Assembly: GCA_963789955.1 (NCBI GenBank)
Contig: CAWBMV010000022.1
Location: 448,001 to 512,000 of the forward strand
Source of the DNA: an uncultured Candidatus Rokubacteria bacterium
GTDB taxonomy: Bacteria > Methylomirabilota > Methylomirabilia > Rokubacteriales > CSP1-6
Reading direction: 5' to 3'
DNA: 64,000 nt
Shown: positions 44,296 to 55,217 of the stretch, one piece after another
Position numbering within the stretch: the first letter of the stretch is position 1
Layout: each line of letters begins with the position of its first letter
Notes under the pieces: generated by a model
What the model was told of the DNA's origin: nothing
The model's input: the letters and a program-made list of their open reading frames with translations, nothing else
The model's database searches: none
Program-made: the position numbers and the translations under genes

Positions 44296-46170
44296 GCCGA
44301 TGTCGACCGGAGCCATTGCTCGAACAGAACGAGGCTGAAGAGAATCTTGTGGTTATCCTGCCGTCTCGACTGATGGTCGTCGAGGAGCGTGCGCACCTGC
44401 TCGTGGCCGAAAAATCCCGAACATCAGCGCGGCCGGATCGCGGAGCGTGGAGACGAGCTGCCCGGCCAGCGACGAGTTGAACCAGTCGTCGACGACGTTG
44501 ACCGCGAATCCCCGCTTCTTCCGCCTGAGAATGGCCTCGGGCAGGAATCGGCTGCAGACCTGACGATGCAGCCATTTGCGGCTCGTCTTGCGAACCTTGA
44601 GATCGCTGTGCAGTCGCTGGACGTATTCGACGACCGTGCGATCCAGGTAGGGCACCCGCAGCTCGAGGCTGTGCGCCATCGAGAGCTTGTCGGCGTACAT
44701 CAGCAGCTCGTCGGGAAGCGAGGACCGGATCTCGAGCAGCTGCAGGCCGCCCAGCTCGTCCGTCTGCTGCCATCTGCGGCACGCAGCTCCCGCCAGCAGT
44801 CGAGAACTCGGTCGCCCGGCCGTCTGGCGGCAGGAGGCCGTCGCGGAAGAGCCCGTCGACCGTCTCGGCCGGAGCGAGCGAAAAAACGTGCTGATAGCGG
44901 CTGCAGCCGATCATCGACGGCCAGTGACGCAACACCCCGCTTCAGCGTCTCGTTGCGCGGCAGCCGTCCGACCGCCGAGCCCACCAGGGATCGCACGGGC
45001 GCCGGCAGCTTCCGCCAGTACTCGCCGTACCGGACGCCGAGGTGGCGCTTGTAGCCGCCAAAGAGCTCGTCCGGGCCCTGGCCGATGAGCCCGACCTTCA
45101 CGTCCTGCCGGGCCCGGCGGGAGACGAAGTACATGGGCACGATGGACGAGGCGGCGATCGGCTCTTCCAGGGAAGCGACGATCGACGGCAAGGATCGCTC
45201 GAACTCCGCCCGGTCGAGCCTCACGGTGGCGTGCTGCGCGCCCAGGAGCGCCGCCGTCTCCGCCGCGTCGGCCAGCTCGTCGTCGCGAAGCTCGTCGCCG
45301 TAACCCACCGTGTAGGCTGGCCATGGCCCGCCGTGCTCGTTCATCAGCGCCAGGAGCAGGCCCGAGTCGAGGCCTCCGCTCAGCAGAATGCCGACCGGCA
45401 CATCGCCGATCAGGTGCCGGCGGACCGCCGCGCGATAGAGCTCCAGCAACTCCTCGGCGGCTTCGTCGTCGCGCTTCGGCGTCTCGAAGGGCACCGGCGT
45501 GTAGCGGTACCAGCGCTCCGTCCGGGCTTGTCCGTTCTCCACGATCAGCATCGTGCCCGGCGCCAGCTTCTCGATGCCCTTGAAGATGGTCAGCGGCGAG
45601 GGCGTGTAGCGGTAGCGCAGGAAGAGGTTCAGCGCGACGGGGTCGACCTCCGGCCGCTCGCGGAGCGCCGCGATGACGGCTCGCATCTCCGAGCCGAACC
45701 AGACGGTGCCGCCGCGAATCGCGTAGTAGATCAGCTTGATGCCCATGGCGTCGCGCGCCAGGACGAGGCGTCGCCGGCGCGCGTCCCAGATGGCGAGGCC
45801 GAACATGCCGTTGAGACGATCGAAGACGTCGGTGCCCCACTCCTTGTAGCCGTGAACGATGACCTCGGTGTCGGACTTCGTCCGGAACTCGTGCCCGCGG
45901 CCCTCGAGCTCCGCGCGCAGCTCCTGGAAGTTGTAGATCTCACCGTTGAAGATGACCCAGACGGTCTGCTCGGCGTCGGACATCGGCTGATGGCCGCCGG
46001 CCAGGTCGATGATCGAGAGTCGACGGAAGCCGAGCCCGACCGGGCCGTCGAGGTAGTAGCCCTCGTCGTCGGGACCCCGGTGGACGATGGTCCGTGTCAT
46101 CGCCTCGATGTCGTTCAGGCAGGACGGGAGCGCGGTCGCCGAAGTTGAACTGTCCGCAGATTCCACACAT
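44292..46170 (-). CDS. asnB: glutamine-hydrolysing asparagine synthase-like amidotransferase (several frameshifts)
   Basis: MCGICG, HRGPD, RLSIID, FNGEIYN, LSGGLDS, GQGPDELFGGY, DKLSMAHSLELRVPYLD, RKKRGF. Confidence 0.9.
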
Positions 46171-46178
46171 GGCTCAGC

Positions 46179-47395
46179 TCACTCCCCGGCGCTTCTCAGC
46201 AAGAGCGCCAGGCTCCGGAACATCTGCGACTGCGCCCACCGGTGCATGGGCACGTTGTCCCAGCCGACGAAGAGCTCGCGGGCTCGGAACGAGCCGTCGG
46301 GCTTGCTGCCAGCGAGCGAGCAGATCGTCGACGACGGCCGCCAGGATCGCGTCGAGGCGCGCCGAAGCGCCCGCGCAGCAGGGTGGCCAGATTGACGCAT
46401 TCCGCGTAGTCGTACAGCTCGCGACGGTACACCGTCAGCCGGGGCGCGCGCGAGAACGGCTTCGGCAGGCGGCGCTCGTCGAAGAGATGGCGGACGTAGT
46501 ACGCCACGCCGCGCTCGATCGCCTCGGTGCAGCGCCGGTCGCCGGTCAGCGCCTCGATCTTGGCCAGGGCCTTCAGCACGAAGCACGTGTGGAAGTGATC
46601 GACGAAGTCGCGCTGGCCGTCGATCGAGTAGTACCAGGAGCCGTCCGCGTTCTGGGCTCCCAGGACGAAGCGCAGATTGCGCTCCGCCGTCTCCGCGTAC
46701 TGGGGATCGGCCAGGTCTACGCGCCGCCGTCGTGAAGAGCATCGCGGCACGGTAGGCGCTGGCGTTGATCACTCCGCCCGGATCGGTCGACGACGGCGTA
46801 TAGGTGCAGCGTGGCCACGCCGGGCGCTATCTCGATGTCCCGGTAGTCCAGCAGGGCGTGCTCGGCGGTCGACCGCATGACCGCGCGCCACCGCTCGTCC
46901 TTGTCGAGCGCGTACACCTCTCTGAATGCCTCGTACACGTAGGGCAGCGTCGTGATCAGCGGGGTGGCCGCGCGCGATCGTCCCATTCCGCGTCTCCCAG
47001 TCGAACGGATAACCCCAGGCGTGGCGTTCGCCAGCCGCGGCAGCGCGTGTGCTCCAGCATCTCGAGGAAGTGGACGGCTCGCTCGTAGTGCGCCGGGCGC
47101 TCGGCGATGCGGGCCAGAAAGGCAAACCCCATGGCGTAATGGGCATCGGCGATCGGGAACCGCTGCGCCTTCCAGAACAGGCGGCGCGCCGAGGGAACCA
47201 GCGCCTCGGATGCGATCATCGGCGCCACCGCCAGCGATTCCCAGCAGTGGCCGGCGGTAATACAGCGCCTTCGCGCGGCGGCCGATGGGGCCGGCGAAGT
47301 AGCTCTGATGGTCGTACGACGTCTCGCCGTTCCGGCTCGAGCCAGCCGACGAACCGATCGACGGCCGCGCGGACGTCCGTGAGCGGCAGGCTCAT
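46179..47395 (-). CDS. conserved hypothetical alpha/alpha-toroid-like protein (several frameshifts)
   Basis: Fragments: RFPIADAHYAMG, AWGYPFDW, PLITT, INASAY, QNADGSWYY, DHFHTCFVLKAL, MHRWAQSQM. Confidence 0.65.
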
Positions 47396-48333
47396 GGCGC
47401 CTGGTATCCGCCCCGCGAGCTCGTCGGGCTCGAGGCGACCTGGAACTTGTCGATGCGCCGCATCGTCAGCAGCGACTTGAAGATCGCCCTCAGCTTCCGC
47501 AGCTCCTCGGCGCGATGGAAGCGCATGAGCTCGGCCGACACGGGGCGCTCGATGCGCCGCACGGCCGCCCAGAGGTATCCCAGCCCGACGGCCAGGCCGT
47601 CTACGAGATACGGCCGCTTGCACATCCGGTACGCGACGCGGAAGAGCTGCCACAGCGGATGGTTGCCGAGGTAGTAGTCCTTTTCGCCGTACGAAAAGCT
47701 CGACGCCAGCTTGCTGCGATCGGCGGTGCCGAGGCTGCGATGGTGGAAGAACCAGCGCTCGCGATACGAGCGCGTCTTCCAGCCCTTCATGCGGGCCGTG
47801 GTGACGGCGATCCAGTCGATGCCGCCCGCCCGATGCGGCACGTAGCCGCCGATCTCCCGGAAGCACTCACGCCGGAATAGCTGGCACTGGCCGGAGACGT
47901 GGTTCTGGCCCTCGAAGCTGTCCGCGTCCGAGCTGTAGCCGCCGTCCTCCTTGAAGATGGTGCCGGCCACGCCCAGCCGTGGATCCTCTGCGAAGCGCTC
48001 GAGGAGGAATTGCAGGTGATCGTTCTCGAACGAGATGTCGGCGTCGAGATTGCCGATGACGTCGTAATCGAGCTGCTTGACACGCTCGTAGCCGGCGTTG
48101 AAGGAGTGCACCTTGGCGGCGAAGCTCCGCTCCTTGCGGACCGGCCGGTCGACCACCTCGATCCACGCGTGCCGCTCGGCGTACCGGCGGGCGATCGCGC
48201 CCGTGTCGTCGGTGGACCCATCGTTGACGATGACCCAGCGCAGCGGCAGCACCGTCTGGCTCACGACGGACTGGAGCGTTTTCTCGATGAACGCTTCCTC
48301 GTTGCGAGCCGGCGTGACGAGAACGTACTTCAT
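47392..48333 (-). CDS. GT2 glycosyltransferase
   Basis: YVLVTPARNEE, VNDGSTD, NLDAD, GGID. Confidence 0.9.
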   Translation of the reverse strand: MKYVLVTPARNEEAFIEKTLQSVVSQTVLPLRWVIVNDGSTDDTGAIARRYAERHAWIEVVDRPVRKERSFAAKVHSFNAGYERVKQLDYDVIGNLDADISFENDHLQFLLERFAEDPRLGVAGTIFKEDGGYSSDADSFEGQNHVSGQCQLFRRECFREIGGYVPHRAGGIDWIAVTTARMKGWKTRSYRERWFFHHRSLGTADRSKLASSFSYGEKDYYLGNHPLWQLFRVAYRMCKRPYLVDGLAVGLGYLWAAVRRIERPVSAELMRFHRAEELRKLRAIFKSLLTMRRIDKFQVASSPTSSRGGYQAP

Positions 48334-49433
48334 CCCGCGAAGAAGGCCTTGATGTGATCGGTCACGTAGTGGATGAGCTCCTGCGACATTTCCGGATAGA
48401 TCGGCAGTGACAGGATCCGGGACTGATTTCGATGGGCGACCGGAAATTCCTCCGGCTTGTGGCCCAGGTAGTCGTAGGCCGGATAGAACGGCAGCGCCTT
48501 CGGATAGTGCAGCCCCGTGGAGATGCCGGCGGCGTCCAGATGCTGCTTCAGCGCATCGCGTCGCCCCGTGCGAATGACATATAGATGATAGACGTGGTCG
48601 CGGTCGGTTCCGATCCTGGGCGTCTCGATGTCGCCCACGCCGGCCAGGAGCCGGTCGTACTCGGCCGCCACCCGGCGCCTCGTCTTCCGTCCACTTCGGC
48701 AGATGCGGGAGCTTGGCGTTCAGGATCGCGGCCTGCAGGCCGTCCAGGCGGCTGTTGATCGCCTCCATCACGTGCTGCGCCTTGCCGCCGTGGCGCGCGA
48801 ACGACACCATCCAGTCAGCCAGGCGGTCGTCGTTGGTCGTGATGCCGCCGGCGTCGCCATACGCGCCAAGGTTCTTGCCTGGATAGAAGGAAAACGTCGC
48901 GATCGTGCCGAAGCTGCCGACCGGCCGGCCCTTGTAGCGGGCCAGGTGGGACTGGGCGCAGTCCTCGATCGACCCAGAGGTTGTGCCGCTCCGGCAATCG
49001 CCATGATCGGGTCCATGTCGGCGGGCTGGCCATACAGATGGACCGGAATGATGCCAACCGTCCGGGGGGTGATCCGCGCCTCGAGCTGGGCCGGGTCGAT
49101 CGTGAAGGTCACCGGGTCGACGTCGCAGAACACCACGCGGCCGCCGGCCTGCGTGATCATTGCGGAGGTCGAGATCCAGGTGTGGGCGGTGGTGATGACC
49201 TCGTCGCCCGGCTTCAGGCCCAGGGCGCGGATGGCGATCATCAGCGCGTCGGTGCCGTTGGCGCACGACACGCAGTGGCGTGCCCCCGCGGCCTTCGCCC
49301 ATGCCCGCTCGAACCCCTCGACGTGCGCGCCGCCGATGTAGGCCGAGTCCGCGATCACGCTGCTTATCGCGGCATCGATCTCGTCCTTGATGGTCAGATA
49401 CTGCGCGTGGAGGTCGACGAGTGGAACTTTCAC
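48330..49433 (-). CDS. DegT/DnrJ/EryC1/StrS aminotransferase (frameshifted)
   Basis: VPLVDL, ANGTDAL, VHLYGQ, EDCAQSH, SFYPGKNLGAYGDAG, NSRLD, LSLPIYP. Confidence 0.9.
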
Positions 49434-49436
49434 GGC

Positions 49437-49916
49437 TCAGCAGCTCCCTTCGGGCGTCAACGGTCGCAGCAGTCGGGCGGGATTGCCCGCATAGATCCCT
49501 GGCTTCGTGATGTCCTTGGTCACGACGGCGCCCGCCCCGATGACCACGTGGTCGCAGACGTTCACGGGCATCAGCGTCGCGTTGGTACCGACGCTGACGT
49601 GGTTGCCGAGCCGGGTGGCCCCCCACAGCTCACGCTTGCCGGCGGGCCCACCGATCGTGAACGGATCGTTGATGAACATCGCCCCGTGCGACACGAAGCA
49701 GTCGTCGCCGATCGTCACCAGCTCGCAGATGAAGGCGTGCGACTGGATGCGGCAGCGCTTGCCGATGACGACGTCGCGCTGGATCTCGACGAACGGGCCG
49801 ATGAAGCTGTCGTCGCCGATGGTGCAGCCATAGAGGTTGACGGGCTGCATGATGCGGACGTTCTCGCCGAAGCGGACGTCCACGATGCCGACCGACAGGA
49901 GCCGGGGCTCGCCCAT
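49437..49916 (-). CDS. hexapeptide-repeat sugar N-acetyltransferase
   Basis: NLYGCTIGD, IGPFVEIQ, IQSHAFICE, IGAGAVVTKD, AGNPAR. Confidence 0.9.
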   Translation of the reverse strand: MGEPRLLSVGIVDVRFGENVRIMQPVNLYGCTIGDDSFIGPFVEIQRDVVIGKRCRIQSHAFICELVTIGDDCFVSHGAMFINDPFTIGGPAGKRELWGATRLGNHVSVGTNATLMPVNVCDHVVIGAGAVVTKDITKPGIYAGNPARLLRPLTPEGSC

Positions 49917-49920
49917 GATC

Positions 49921-50946
49921 TCAGGCTCCCACCCGCGCGTGGGCCGCGTCGGCGCGCTCGAGGATGGAGACGACCGTGCGGGCGTGGGCGACGCCCGTCG
50001 CCGGCTCCTTGCCGGTACGGATGCACTCGAGGAAGTGCTCGGCCTCCAGGCGGAGAGGCTCGACGAAGTCCACGTGCGGCAGCAGGATGTCGCCGCTGCG
50101 ATAGCTGAAGTCCGGCCGCAGCGGCTGGTCGAAATCCATGTGCTCGCCCAGCACGGCTTTGCGGTCGATGCCCTTGTCGTAGATGGCGATCTTGTCGTCG
50201 GCCACGTCGTCGTACATCACCATCTTGCGCGAGCCGACCACGGTCATCTTGCGGACTTTCTGCGGGTCCAGCCAGCTCACGTGGACGTTGGCGATCACCT
50301 TGCTCGGGTAGGCCAGGTTCAGGAACACGACGTCGTCGATGCCGGGCTGGATGCAGTCCATCCCCTGGCGCAGCACGGACGTCGGCTCCTGGTCATCGAG
50401 CCAGTACTGGATGATGCTGATGTCGTGCGGGGCGAAGTTCCACATCGCGTCGATGTCGGAGCGGATGCGCCCGAGATTCAGCCGCTGGCTGTAGATGTAC
50501 CGCACGTCGCCGAGCTCGCCCGCCTCGATCAATCGCTTCACGTAGCGGACGGCCGGGTTGTAGATGAACGTGTGACCGGCCATGACGACGAGGCCGCGGT
50601 CGGTCGCGCAGCGGCTCAGCGTATCCACCTCGGCCACGGTCGTCGCCAGCGGCTTTTCGACCAACACGTGCTTGCCGGCCTCCAGCGCCCGACGGGCCAG
50701 ATCGAAGTGCGTCGCCGCCGGCGTGGCGATGATGACGGCGGCCACGTCGGGGTCGTCGAAGATGACGTCGGCCGTCTCGACGGCCTTCGTGTTCGAGAAA
50801 TTGCGCGTGACGAAGGCCCGCCGCTCGGCGCTCGCGTCTGCCACGTACTTGACGCGGCAGGCCCGCAAGGCCGAGAAGTTCCGGAGCAGGTTCGGGCCCC
50901 AGTAGCCACAGCCGAGCTGGGCGACCGCGAGGGGATTCGGGGTCAT
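49921..50946 (-). CDS. Gfo/Idh/MocA oxidoreductase (WbpB-like)
   Basis: GCGYWGPNL, ATPAATH, VEKP, APHDIS, SWLDPQKVR. Confidence 0.9.
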   Translation of the reverse strand: MTPNPLAVAQLGCGYWGPNLLRNFSALRACRVKYVADASAERRAFVTRNFSNTKAVETADVIFDDPDVAAVIIATPAATHFDLARRALEAGKHVLVEKPLATTVAEVDTLSRCATDRGLVVMAGHTFIYNPAVRYVKRLIEAGELGDVRYIYSQRLNLGRIRSDIDAMWNFAPHDISIIQYWLDDQEPTSVLRQGMDCIQPGIDDVVFLNLAYPSKVIANVHVSWLDPQKVRKMTVVGSRKMVMYDDVADDKIAIYDKGIDRKAVLGEHMDFDQPLRPDFSYRSGDILLPHVDFVEPLRLEAEHFLECIRTGKEPATGVAHARTVVSILERADAAHARVGA

Positions 50947-52695
50947 CGTGAAGTCACCGGCACGTGCGGCCGTCGGATCAGCTTCACCGCGGCCGTGGCC
51001 CATGGAGAACGGACGACGTAGTTGTCGCGAAACTCCGACAGATAACGACGCGTGGCGACCTTGGCCCGGTACCGGATCGGTCGAGCCGGCCGCGACACTG
51101 GATCGGGCTGGGAGACTCTTATCCGCACCGTAGTCGGCAGCTCCGCCGGGACCACGTACCGGAAGCTCAGGTCCCCGCCTTCCCGGCACGCCTTGACGTG
51201 CTCGTCGCCGACCTGCACCTCGAACTCACGGTCGAGGAGTGGCTCGGCCTTCGAGCAGCGAACTTCCGCCCCGTGACCCGCGCTCACCGTGCTCGTGGGG
51301 GAGAACAGTTGGACGTCGATGCCGTCGCCGCTGCGGCGAGTGGAGTACGCGCGCGTGACGATGCTCTCGAGGTTCGTCCACCGCAGACGTGGCTCTAGCC
51401 GGTTGAGCGAGCGAATGAGCGCGGCGAAGGGCTCCATGCCGGCCCTGGAAATCGTCGTGATGTGTCACGATCAGGCACGGCTTGCCGAGCAGGAGGTCGA
51501 GCGCGAAATTGGCCAGCGGCTCGCTCATCTTCCGCCGCAGGAATAGCGGAAATCCCGCATACGACATGATGGCCGGGGCCAGCAGCTCGCCGGCGCGGAC
51601 GCCCCGCTGCGTCGAATGGTCCAGCAGCTCGGTGTTGACGGCGGCCATGAATTCGCTCTGCCGGAGGCCTTCCATGGCCCGCTGCGAGAAGCGGCCCTGT
51701 GGGAAGACCATGACCTTGTCGTGCGGGAGCCCCGTGCGGGCGCTGAGGGCCCGCATTCGCTCGAGGCTCGTCGCGACGAGCGGGAGCGAGTCGGCGACGG
51801 ACTGCGTGGCGAACTCGGCTCCCAGGTGATCGCAGCCGTGGATGGACAGCGACAGCCCTGGCCAGTGCGCCCGGAACACCTCGACAGCGTCCGTCGAGGT
51901 GCGGTTGCAGTTCCACGGAATGAACGCAATTGACACGGCGCAGCCGAGGTCGCGGACGCTACGAGCCAGCGTGCGGATGTTCACGAAGCCGTAACGCGGC
52001 CTCAGGGGTAGGTCGTCGATGATCAGGTTCGCGGCCGGTACTGTCGTGCGCCAGAACGGAACGTTGCTGTGTTGCAGGAAGAACAGGAGCGGCACCAACC
52101 CCGAAAAGCACTGCTGGCAGTCGAGATTCCGCGTCCGTTCGTCATCGACGTCGAACACGGCCGTCGACGACACGATGAAGACGTCTGAGCCCGGACGCTG
52201 AATCCACGTGGCGAGTCCGCCGTCGTCCACGGAGACGAGCCGGGCGATCGGGTAAGGCGACTCGCGAACGGTGAGTGCGGTATCGGCGGCTGGGTCCGCG
52301 ACCTCGATGTCGAGGCCCGCGAACGGACTCTGGACGGGGCTGTCGGCCGGGACTGCGTACCGAGGCCGTCCTGCCGTACCCGGCGAAGTCGCTTCGGCGA
52401 TCACCCCGATGCACTGGCGTACCGCGGCCAGGGCGTCGGCCGTGCTCCGGAACGGGTAGAGCAGGACGCGGCGGTGTCGACGGAGAAAGCCCGCCATGAC
52501 ATCCGCCGAATGTTCCCGGACGCCGCGCGTGAGCTCCTCGCTCGAGAGGATCACTGTGTCGCCGAGATCCAGCCGACGCTCCCCAGAAGCGAGCGCCTGG
52601 GCGAGCGACCGCGTTGTGAAGACGACGCCGAGCGTGTCAAGGAGACGCGACAAGGCCGTCGTCCCGTTGCTCTCCAGGAGCTGCAACCCGCCCAT
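50943..52695 (-). CDS. hypothetical protein with polysaccharide-deacetylase-like domain (frameshift near 51440)
   Basis: LIIDD, IAFIPWN, IHGCDH, VFPQG, THH; continues in ORF 50943..51437. Confidence 0.6.
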
Positions 52696-52703
52696 CCTGC
52701 TTT

Positions 52704-53570
52704 TCAGGACGGCCTCTGCGCGACGACCAGTGAGCGCATGGCGAACGACGGCACGCACACATCGAGGACCGGTGCCAGCACGCGGAGCAGCCCGACCAGT
52801 GCCGGGCCCGCGGAGTGGGGGAACCAGCAAAAGTTCCGGCGCTCGAGGATCTTGAAGCCGACGCGCGCGAACGGCTCCGTGTACTCTGCGAGGCTCGGCA
52901 GATAGTATTCGCTCTTCGACCGTCCGCTGAACGCGTCGCGCAGCCGGCTGCGAAATAGCGGGAATTGCTGATTCATGTCGATCATGATCGAGTAGCCGCC
53001 TGGACGGAGGAGACTGAGAATGTCGCGAGCACAATCGATCTGCCGGGCAAGCCGGTGACAATACCTGAACGTGTTGACGCCCACGACGACGTCGAAGGAG
53101 TCCGCGATCTCCCGATCACCGACGCCGAGATCCTTCGCGAGATCGCGCAGCAGCGTTTCGTTGGCGGCCACGGCGAAGCCGATCTTTTTCTGGAGCTGTG
53201 GCGTCAAGCGCTGAGCGGCGTCCTGGCGGGCCGCCTCGACCATGCGCGGGGAAAAGTCGGCGCCGATCGCCCGGTCGATCTCGGCCCGTTCCTCCCGGAA
53301 GATGTCGACCAGCTTGACAAGATTCATGCCGCCGCCGCAGCCGTACTCGAGGACACGGAACGCCTGACCGCGTCGACGCTGGGCCACGAGCGCCTTCACC
53401 ACCTTGCGGTAAACAGGCCCGTAGACATGCGTCAGCGCGTGCTCGATCCCGGTACCGGCGGTCTCGCTGAGGTATTTCGCGATCACGTCGTCACGGGAAT
53501 ACTCGTCGAGAAAGACATCGACAAGGACCGGAGTGTCGGGCGCCATCTCTCCCTCTCTGGTGAGCTGCAT
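52704..53570 (-). CDS. class I SAM methyltransferase
   Basis: VLEYGCGGG, ADFSPRM, FDVVVG, LRPGGY. Confidence 0.85.
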   Translation of the reverse strand: MQLTREGEMAPDTPVLVDVFLDEYSRDDVIAKYLSETAGTGIEHALTHVYGPVYRKVVKALVAQRRRGQAFRVLEYGCGGGMNLVKLVDIFREERAEIDRAIGADFSPRMVEAARQDAAQRLTPQLQKKIGFAVAANETLLRDLAKDLGVGDREIADSFDVVVGVNTFRYCHRLARQIDCARDILSLLRPGGYSIMIDMNQQFPLFRSRLRDAFSGRSKSEYYLPSLAEYTEPFARVGFKILERRNFCWFPHSAGPALVGLLRVLAPVLDVCVPSFAMRSLVVAQRPS

Positions 53571-53573
53571 CGG

Positions 53574-55217
53574 TCAGAGACCAGCCAGGATCGCCGGCCG
53601 CGTCGGACCGATCTTCACGTTCGCCTCGAGCGGGCCGTTGACCGGCATGTCGAAGGACCGCGATCGTCCTCCGGATGTCGGGGTATGGAATCTAAGGTTC
53701 AGGCCGGGCAGGTGCTGCAGAGGTGTATCGGCGACGTTCGCCCGGAGGGACTCTCCGTCCCAGCGGACAGCCTCGAAGGTCGCCGATCGACGGCGCTGGA
53801 ACCATGCAACAGCACGTCCCGCGGTCGGAAACCAGGCGCCTCGTTGGCGGAGCTCACCCAACAGGTCGCAGTAGAACGCGCCCCATAGCCGCTCGGGGGC
53901 GAGACTGCGGTCGTGCCAGTTGATTGTCAGCGCACCGCCGAAGCGTTCAGTCGCGTCGATGAGCGGCCTGACGACGTCGTGCGCGGCATGCTGAGTGAGA
54001 TTGAGGTATGCCGGGTAAAACAGCGCGGTGTCCATGACGTGCAGCGGCAGCTCGAGCAGACGCGTCGCGGACAGCGGCCGGAATGCCTGCGTCGTCCCCG
54101 CGCGAAACCCGACGGTGTCGTTGTAGCCGACGGTGGAGTCGTAGGTGAACCCGGCTCGTTCCAGGTGGCGCGGTGCGTCGCCTTCCCAGTAGAGCCAGTG
54201 CATGCGGCTGCCAGCCGGCGGCGTCCCGATGACCCGAGCCACCGCCTGCCTCTCCTCTTCGCCACGCGCGCTGTCACGCCAGGCATCGATGCCATGAACC
54301 GCGACCTCGCCACCGGCGGACAGGACGGCTCCGAGCTGCCTCGCGATGTCCGGCAGGCCATAGGAGGCTCCTCGCTTTCGGGGCGCCGCCCCATGAGCCG
54401 TCAGGCCCGGATTGTTCCGCTCGGGAATGACGAAGAAGGTCGAGCCGAGCCCCTGCTCGATCTCGAGATAGCGATCGAAGTCGGACCAGAAGTCCCGGGC
54501 CCACCCCAGGTGGACGAGCGGTAACCGAAACGCCGCGGCGAGGTTCTCGCGCACCACTTCGGCCGTGATGCGCTTGCGCGACCAGTTGATGAGCGACCCG
54601 AGCACAGCACGATACAGGAAGCCGAACATCGTGCGATCGAGCTTATGCGAGCGGATCGACGCGTGGTCGACGTCATGGGTCAAGCAGGCCATGAAGCGAT
54701 GGCCGGCCGGCACTGGGGGAATTTCCACCAAGGGAATGCCGGCCGCGACGATCGTGTCGCGCAGGATCGCGATGTGACGCTCGAGGGTCGGAATGGCCGC
54801 GTAGCAGGCTGGCTGACCGCTCGTCAATAGATATCGTACTTCTCCTATGAGGTCGTATCCGAGGCGCACGATTGTTGTCCCACCCTCGCGACTGACCGAG
54901 ACGACGGACCGGTTCGTGCCTTCGACGACGACATCCGATACGTGCCCGTTGGAGGGAAATGTCAGACACGTGCCGTAGACCGGGATTCGGTCGCCTTGGT
55001 GGGTCAGAACGGTCGTCTGCCCGGCGATGCCCGCGACCGGTCGACCGGCGGCGTAAGCGATGACGAGCTGCGCCGACGGATGCTGCAGAGCGCCAGTAGC
55101 ATCGACGATGACATCGTAGCGTCTGGCACTTCGCCAAAAGTCCCATGGGGTCTTGAACAGCTCGAAGAATTCGCGCATGACACTACGCTGCTCGACGCTC
55201 GTGACGACACCGATCAT
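53574..55217 (-). CDS. polysaccharide deacetylase-like protein
   Basis: LTHDVD, VAVHG, GSRMHWL, YDST, GFRAG, LPLHVMD, INWH. Confidence 0.75.
   Translation of the reverse strand: MIGVVTSVEQRSVMREFFELFKTPWDFWRSARRYDVIVDATGALQHPSAQLVIAYAAGRPVAGIAGQTTVLTHQGDRIPVYGTCLTFPSNGHVSDVVVEGTNRSVVSVSREGGTTIVRLGYDLIGEVRYLLTSGQPACYAAIPTLERHIAILRDTIVAAGIPLVEIPPVPAGHRFMACLTHDVDHASIRSHKLDRTMFGFLYRAVLGSLINWSRKRITAEVVRENLAAAFRLPLVHLGWARDFWSDFDRYLEIEQGLGSTFFVIPERNNPGLTAHGAAPRKRGASYGLPDIARQLGAVLSAGGEVAVHGIDAWRDSARGEEERQAVARVIGTPPAGSRMHWLYWEGDAPRHLERAGFTYDSTVGYNDTVGFRAGTTQAFRPLSATRLLELPLHVMDTALFYPAYLNLTQHAAHDVVRPLIDATERFGGALTINWHDRSLAPERLWGAFYCDLLGELRQRGAWFPTAGRAVAWFQRRRSATFEAVRWDGESLRANVADTPLQHLPGLNLRFHTPTSGGRSRSFDMPVNGPLEANVKIGPTRPAILAGL

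Noticed and set aside
40166..46170. Lasso peptide cyclase interpretation of the asparagine synthase homologs
   Set aside because: No precursor, B1/B2 leader peptidase or RRE genes; context is glycan biosynthesis
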